Shown here one piece after another: positions 57,231 through 64,000 of a DNA stretch of 64,000 nt. Source of the stretch: the human T2T-CHM13v2.0 reference genome, Homo sapiens. A program made the position numbers and the translations under genes. How positions within the stretch are numbered: the first letter of the stretch is position 1; every line of letters starts with the position of its first letter. The notes beneath the pieces are model-generated. The model had not been told where the DNA came from and searched no databases. It saw only the letters and a list, made by a program, of their open reading frames with translations. Location of the stretch: assembly GCF_009914755.1 (NCBI RefSeq), contig NC_060934.1. One strand, written 5' to 3'.

Positions 57231-57904
57231 ATGGTTGCTGGTGATGCTTCCATTGGGTTTAGCTAAGAATGTCCATACATTCTTCCAAAGTTTTCCTAAA
57301 TAAAAAAGCTTAATTCCTTCTTAGTAGAAATGGGCTCATTTTAAGATGAGTATCTGTTTTGGAAATAGTCCATCAGCATTGGTGATGTGAGGAAAAAAAG
57401 AGTAATGAGTAGGCTTGTTGCCTTGCTTATTGCAAACAGCAAAAAATAAAAGATAAGATTATAATAATATTTATATGTATCATAGTAATATTGATTATTA
57501 TGATACAACTCATTATAATAGGAGTTTGTAGTATCCTGGTATTCTGTCTGGACTTTGAGAGCTTAGCTTCAATGAACTATAAAGGGAAAGTCATAGTTAA
57601 TTATTCTCACCTGGACAAGATATTGTTATCTCCTGTGTTTTTTAAGTCACTACCATCAGTTGCATTGGTTTTGAGTCTTCCCAAATGTGTCTACCTTTGG
57701 GAAGGCCCAATTGGCCAGTTCCTAGACAGTTTTTTTTTCTGTACACAGCTCATTTTCACATATGGATCATAACTTCCCAGGCTATCCTAGCATAGCCTAT
57801 CCCATCTATCCCCTCATTGTGTTTCAATGATAAGATGATGGGCTTTATAGTTCTTTTCTGTTTCAAACTTTGCAAGTATTTATTCTGAATAACATTAGAG
57901 TCTC

Positions 57905-58010
57905 ACTAGCATGAAAAACTGTCCTGGTTTGCCTGGGACTGTCCTGGCTTTAGTACTCAGAGTCCCACATTCTGGAATCCTCTCTCCAAAATGCAAAATG
58001 TCTTGGTTTT
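57905..58010. mobile_element. MER81 (hAT-Blackjack)
   Basis: aactgtcctggtttgcctgggactgtcctggctttagtactcagagtcccacattctggaa. Confidence 0.7.
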
Positions 58011-60930
58011 CAATAGTGGATGGCAAAGCTTGGAAAAATACAAAGCCCATATGTCAGCCCAAAATATAGGTGCTGAAAGCAATGCTGTTTTAGTGTCAAA
58101 TAGGTACAGCATAGATTATCTATCTTCCATAGTTATTGTTACTATTCACCCCTCCCATGTTGACAATCATGATTTGCAGTTCACACTAACGGATCATTCA
58201 TTATTGTTTCACTCCAATTGATGAAACTCAAGTGTACACCATAACTACATTGTAAGTTGAGTGTTAAAAGTCCATCTGTCTTTGACTTTGTCTTTATATT
58301 AACTTGTTGTGCTTTGTATCAAGATAATGCCAGTTTAATTTTTAACTTTATGAATATTGTGACCATATTCTCTAAGAGTTCAGATAGTGAAAATGAAGAT
58401 GATTATTATACCAATGCCAGCATCCTAGAAAAAGAAGGTTAGATGGTTGCTATTTTAATGGCAGATGAAAGGACTCATACGTCTGGATTGGGCAGATAAA
58501 TAATCAAAACAGAGCATACTGCACAAGATGCAGAAAAGAAGATATAAAAGTGCATAGGGAGACTGAATCCCACAATTTTGGCATGAGGTAGACAAGTACT
58601 TCTGAGTCAATCAGAAGTTTCTTGTCTCCCAAGAAGACACCAACGCTCAGTTGAATATAGCAGCCACTGAATTATCTTGAGTATACGACACAAATAAGCA
58701 GCGTCATTGCATTATTCCCTTGATTGCTTTCTGAAACTGATTAAAATTATATTTCCTGATTCACAGGTTGCAGTTAAAGTGCCCTAGGCATGAACAGCAG
58801 GGGAAGTTTTGGGTAACATGTGCTGGCCCTCTATGTAGCAGAGTTAATTCTGTTAGATTTGAACAACAACTCTAGTATATCAAGAAATTCTTGAATCATG
58901 GCAATAAGATAATGTTCCCTTTAGCTCTTTAGTACTTGAACTTGATAAATGGAGATTCAGAATGTCTTTTGGATTTTTATAAAGATTTTAATGAAACTGT
59001 AGAAACATAAAACAAAAGATTACTGATAACTTGTCTAAAAACAAGCTAGATTTAGCTCATCTATCTGCATGTGTGGCAGGCAGTGCAAATGTAAATTTTG
59101 GTAAACTTCATTCAGTGTGTAAATTTCTTAACAAAGAAAAGAAAAAGATTTCAACTGCTAAAAGTTCAGTATACTTTTTCTGCAAGGATGCTAAAAAAAA
59201 TGGGATTTGCTTACCTGTGATATTGAGGCTTTTTCTAAAACTCTCTGATGATCTTTGAAGAAGCCATAAGGAGCCTAGAAAAGGACAACTGACTATACCC
59301 AAGTTGTTGGATGTTATGTGTAGGATGTGACAGAAACTCATACAGAAAAAAAGGACTTATGTTTTGGAAATAAGCCTGTTTCAAATGAAAAAAAAAATAT
59401 GTTACCAGAGGACTGCCAGGTTAGGCCAATCTTTCTCAGTTTTTCAATTTCTTTAATAAAACTGTCACTTACTTGGAATCTGGCTTTGATTTCACAAGTT
59501 TGAATTACTTCTGTGCTTTAAAACCATTTTACCTGCCAAAGAAAAGTTTTGCTTATGATGACATCCAAAATGCTTCGTAGTGTTTTAAAAATGATCAACA
59601 TATTGGACATGGATAACCTATATGACTAGTTTATAGATGCAGTGGATCTGACTGACAAACTGCTGGTCCATCAAAGCAGGCATGTGGATACAAAGTGGAT
59701 GAACATTTTTGGAGAGCTAGAAATTAATCCCTACAAGTCTTAAATCCTGATGTTACTAGTAAGTAAACTTCTAAGTGTTCCATGCTGAATTTTTTTTTTT
59801 TTTTTTCGGGGGGAGAGGATATTTGACTTGGTGGAGTCATACCAATACAGTGTAAAGTGGGCTTGATAAAGAGCATAGTCTAAAGTTAAATCAAGTTTTA
59901 CATTTGACTATATTCATTTAGTTTTAACACTACAGAAAAGAATAGAAGTGTGTTGTAATGGTTGAAAGCAGTTTAAAGAACTATTACTGGAAAAGGAAAC
60001 AGAGAGTAAGAATATCCTGCTGTATCATGCTGTATCACAGGACAGATGGAAACGTGTCATAGTTTTTGGTTTTTTTTTAATAGACATGAGGGTACAAGTA
60101 CATTATTATTACATGGTTTTATTGAATAGTGATGAAGAGTGGGCTTTTAGTGTAACCAACACCCAAATAGTGTATATCATTCCCAATAGGTAATTTCTCA
60201 TCCCTTACCCCTCAGCCACCCCTCCACCTTTTGGAGCCTCCAGTGTCTATTATTCCATTTTGTATATCTATGTGTATACATTATTTAGCTCCCACTTATG
60301 AGTGAAAACATGCAGCATTTGACATTCTGAGTTATTTAACTTTAGATAATGGCATCTAGTTTCACCCGTGTTGCTGCAGAAAACATAATTTCATTCATTT
60401 TAGGGCTAAGTAGTATTCCATAATATATACATATATATCATGCCTCTCTATCTACCTATCTATACATACATACAAACATACACACACACTACTATAGATA
60501 CACACACACAGCACATTTTCTTTATCCAGTCATCTGTGGATGGACACCTAGATTGATTTTATAACTTTACTATTGTGAATAGTACTGTGATAAACATACA
60601 AGTGCAGGCAACTTTTTAATATAATTTTTTTTCCTTTGGGTAGATATGCAGGAGTGGAATTGCTGGATTTAATGGTAGTTCTATTTTTAATTCTTTAAGA
60701 AATAGCCATACTATTTTCCATAAAGGTTGTACTTTCATTCCCACCAGTAGGGTATAAGCATTCACATTCCTGTTTCTCCACATTCTTGCCAACATCTGTT
60801 GTATTTTGACTTTTTAATAATAGCCATTCTGACTGGTATATGATGGCATCTCATTGTGGTTTTAATTTACATTTCTCTGATGGTTAGTAATGTTGAGCAT
60901 TTTTTCAAATGTTTGTTGGGCACTTGTATG

Positions 60931-60932
<2 letters not shown>

Positions 60933-60971
<39 letters not shown>

Positions 60972-61251
60972 AGACGTAGTCTCGCTCTGTTGCCCAGGCT
61001 GGAGTGCAATGGCGCGATCTCCGCTCACTGGAAGCTCCACCACCTGGGTTCACACCATTCTCCTGCCTCAGCCTCCTGAGTAGCTGGGACTACAAGTGCC
61101 TGCCACCACACCTGGCTAATTTTTTGTATGTTTAGTAGAGACAGGGTTTCACCGTGTTAGCCAATATGGTCTCAATCTCCTGACCTCATGATCTGCCCAC
61201 CTCGGCCTCCCAAAGTGCTGGGATTACAGGTGTGAGCCACCACACCCAGCC
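60933..61251 (-). mobile_element. AluY-like, 38-nt pure poly(A) tail, TSD gtatgtctt
   Basis: Y-type positions (gaagctcc, cacaccattctcc, caccgtgttagcca); TSD starting at 60926 and 61252. Confidence 0.93.
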
Positions 61252-62757
61252 GTATGTCTTCTTTTGAGAATGTCTGTTCATATCCTTTGCCTACCTTTTA
61301 ATGGGGTTATTTATTTTGTTTTTCTTGTTGAGTTGTTTGAGTTCCTTGTAGATTCTGGATATTAGCCCTTTGTTGGATGCATAGTTTACAGATATTTTCC
61401 TCCATTCTGTAGATTATCTGTTTACTTTGTTGATTATTTCTTTGCTATGCAGAAGCTTTTTAATTAAATCCCATTAGTCTGTTTTTGTTTTTGTTGCATT
61501 TGATTTGGGGCTCTTAGTTACAAATTCTTTGCCTAGGCCAATGTCAGAAGAGTTTTTGCTAAGTTTTCTTCTAGGGTTTTAATAGTTTGAGGTCTTTATT
61601 CCATCTTGAGTTAATTTTTGTATCTGGTGAGACATATGGGTCCAGTTTCATTCTTTCGCATATGGCTACCCAATTTTCCCAGCACCATTTATTAAATATG
61701 ATGTCCTTTCTCCAGTATATGTTTCGTCAACTTTGTTGGAGATCAGTTGCTTGTAGATATGTGGCACTATGTCTGGGTTTTCTGTTCTGTTGCATTGATT
61801 GATGTGTCTATTTTTATACCAATATCAGACTGTTTTGGTTTCAATTGTTTTGTAGTATAATTTGAAGTCAGGTAATGTGATGCCTCCAGCTTTTTTCTTT
61901 TTGCTTAGGATTGCTTTAGCTATTCAGTTTCTTTTTTGGTTCCATCTGAATTTTAGGATTATTTTCTCTATTTCTGGGGAAAATAATATTGGTGATTCGG
62001 ATTCGATAGGAATTGCATTGAATCTGAATATTCCTTTGGGTAGTTTGGTCATTTTAACAATATTTGACTTTTTAATCCATGGGCATGGGATGTTTTTTCT
62101 ATTTGTTTGTGTCATCTGTGATTTTTTTCATCAGTGTTTTGTAGTTCTTTTTGTTAGAGATCTTTTACCTTCTTGGTTAAATGTATTTCTAGGTATTTTA
62201 CTTTTTTATAGCTATTGTAAATGGGATTGACTTTTGTATTTTGTTCTGAGTTTGATTATTTTTGGTGTATAGAAATGCTACTGATTTTTGTAGGTTGAAT
62301 TTTTATTCTGAACTTTACTGAAGTCAGTTATCAAATCTAGGAGTCTTTTGGAGGAGTCGTTAAAGTTTTCTAGGTATCAGATCATATCATCAGAAAACAG
62401 AGATAATTTGACTTCCTCTTTCCCAATTTGGATGCCTTTTATTTATTTCTTTTGCCTGATTACTCTAGCTAGGACTTCCAGTACTAGAATAGGAGTGGTG
62501 AAAGTGGCATCCTTGTTTAGTCCCAGTTCTTAGGGGGAATGCTTTCAATTTCTCCTCATTCAGTATGATGATGGCTGTAAGTTTGTTGTATATGTCTTTT
62601 ATTATTTTGAGGTATGTTCCTTCTATTTCTAGTTTGTTGAGGGTTTTAATCATGAAGAGATGCTGAATTTTATTGACTGTTTTTTTTCTACGTCTATTGA
62701 GATAATCATATGGCTTTTGTTTTTATTTGTGCTTATGTGGTGAATCACATTTATTGA

Positions 62758-63294
<537 letters not shown>

Positions 63295-64000
63295 TGATAT
63301 TGGCTTTATAGAATGAGTTAGGGAGGAGTCCTTCCTCCTCAATTTTTTGGAATACTTTCACTACGATTGGTGCCAGTTCCTAGAATGTGTGGTAGAATTC
63401 TGCTGTGAATCTGTCTGGTCGTGGGCATTTTTTGTGATTGTTAGGAGATTTTTTACTACTGATTCAATCTCACTACTTGTTATTGGTTTATTCAGGGTTT
63501 CTATTTTTTCCTGGTTCAATTTTGGGGGTTATATATTTATCGATTTCCTATAGGTTTTCTAATTTGTATGCATAGAAATGCCCATAGTAGTCTTTTATGA
63601 GCTTTTGTATTTCTGTGGTTTCAATTGTAATGTGTTCTTTATCACTTCTGATTGTGCTTATTTGACTTTTCTCTCTTTTTTCTTGTTTAGCTAGCAGTTT
63701 ATCAATTTTGTTTATCTTTTCAAAAAAACGACTTTTTGTTTTATCGATACTTTGTGTTGTTTTTTGATTTTAATTTTATTTCGTTCTGCTCTGATCTTTG
63801 TTATGTATTTTCTTCTGCTAGCTTTGGGTTTGGTTTGTTCTTGTTTTTGTAGTTTCTTGATGCGTGACCTTAGACTGTTAATTTTTGATCTATCTTTTGA
63901 ATATAGGCATTTAATGCCATAAACTTTCCTCTTAGCACCACGTTTGCTGTATTCTAGAGGTTTTGGTTTGTTGTGTCACTGTTTTCATTTGTTTCAAAAA

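Overview
This is primate (very probably human) nuclear DNA, AT-rich and CpG-depleted, roughly half made of recognisable interspersed repeats. These include 14 Alu dimers plus one FAM monomer, two large antisense L1PB elements, a long decayed L1M block with nested insertions, four ERV1-class LTRs (MER52-like, MER39, MER4A, MER93-like), an MLT1H MaLR LTR, L2/MIR relics and several MER DNA transposons. I cannot support any intact protein-coding gene, RNA gene or CRISPR array. The listed ORFs are Alu/L1 read-throughs, simple-repeat translations or chance ORFs. The antisense bias of the younger L1s and LTRs, and several strong + strand splice signals, suggest a long intron of a + strand gene that I cannot name. 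The best leads are a candidate 85-nt exon (8412-8496), two AG|GT recursive-splice-like sites (10966/10967 and 55767/55768), a CCAAT+TATA/MEF2 promoter-like module with a short MGNASS ORF (55588-55773), a very young AluYc-like insertion (29077-29383) and a 250-bp purine tract (47131-47381). Repeat subfamily names are by eye from remembered consensus sequences and need RepeatMasker/Dfam confirmation. I found no evidence of a wholly new biological system.
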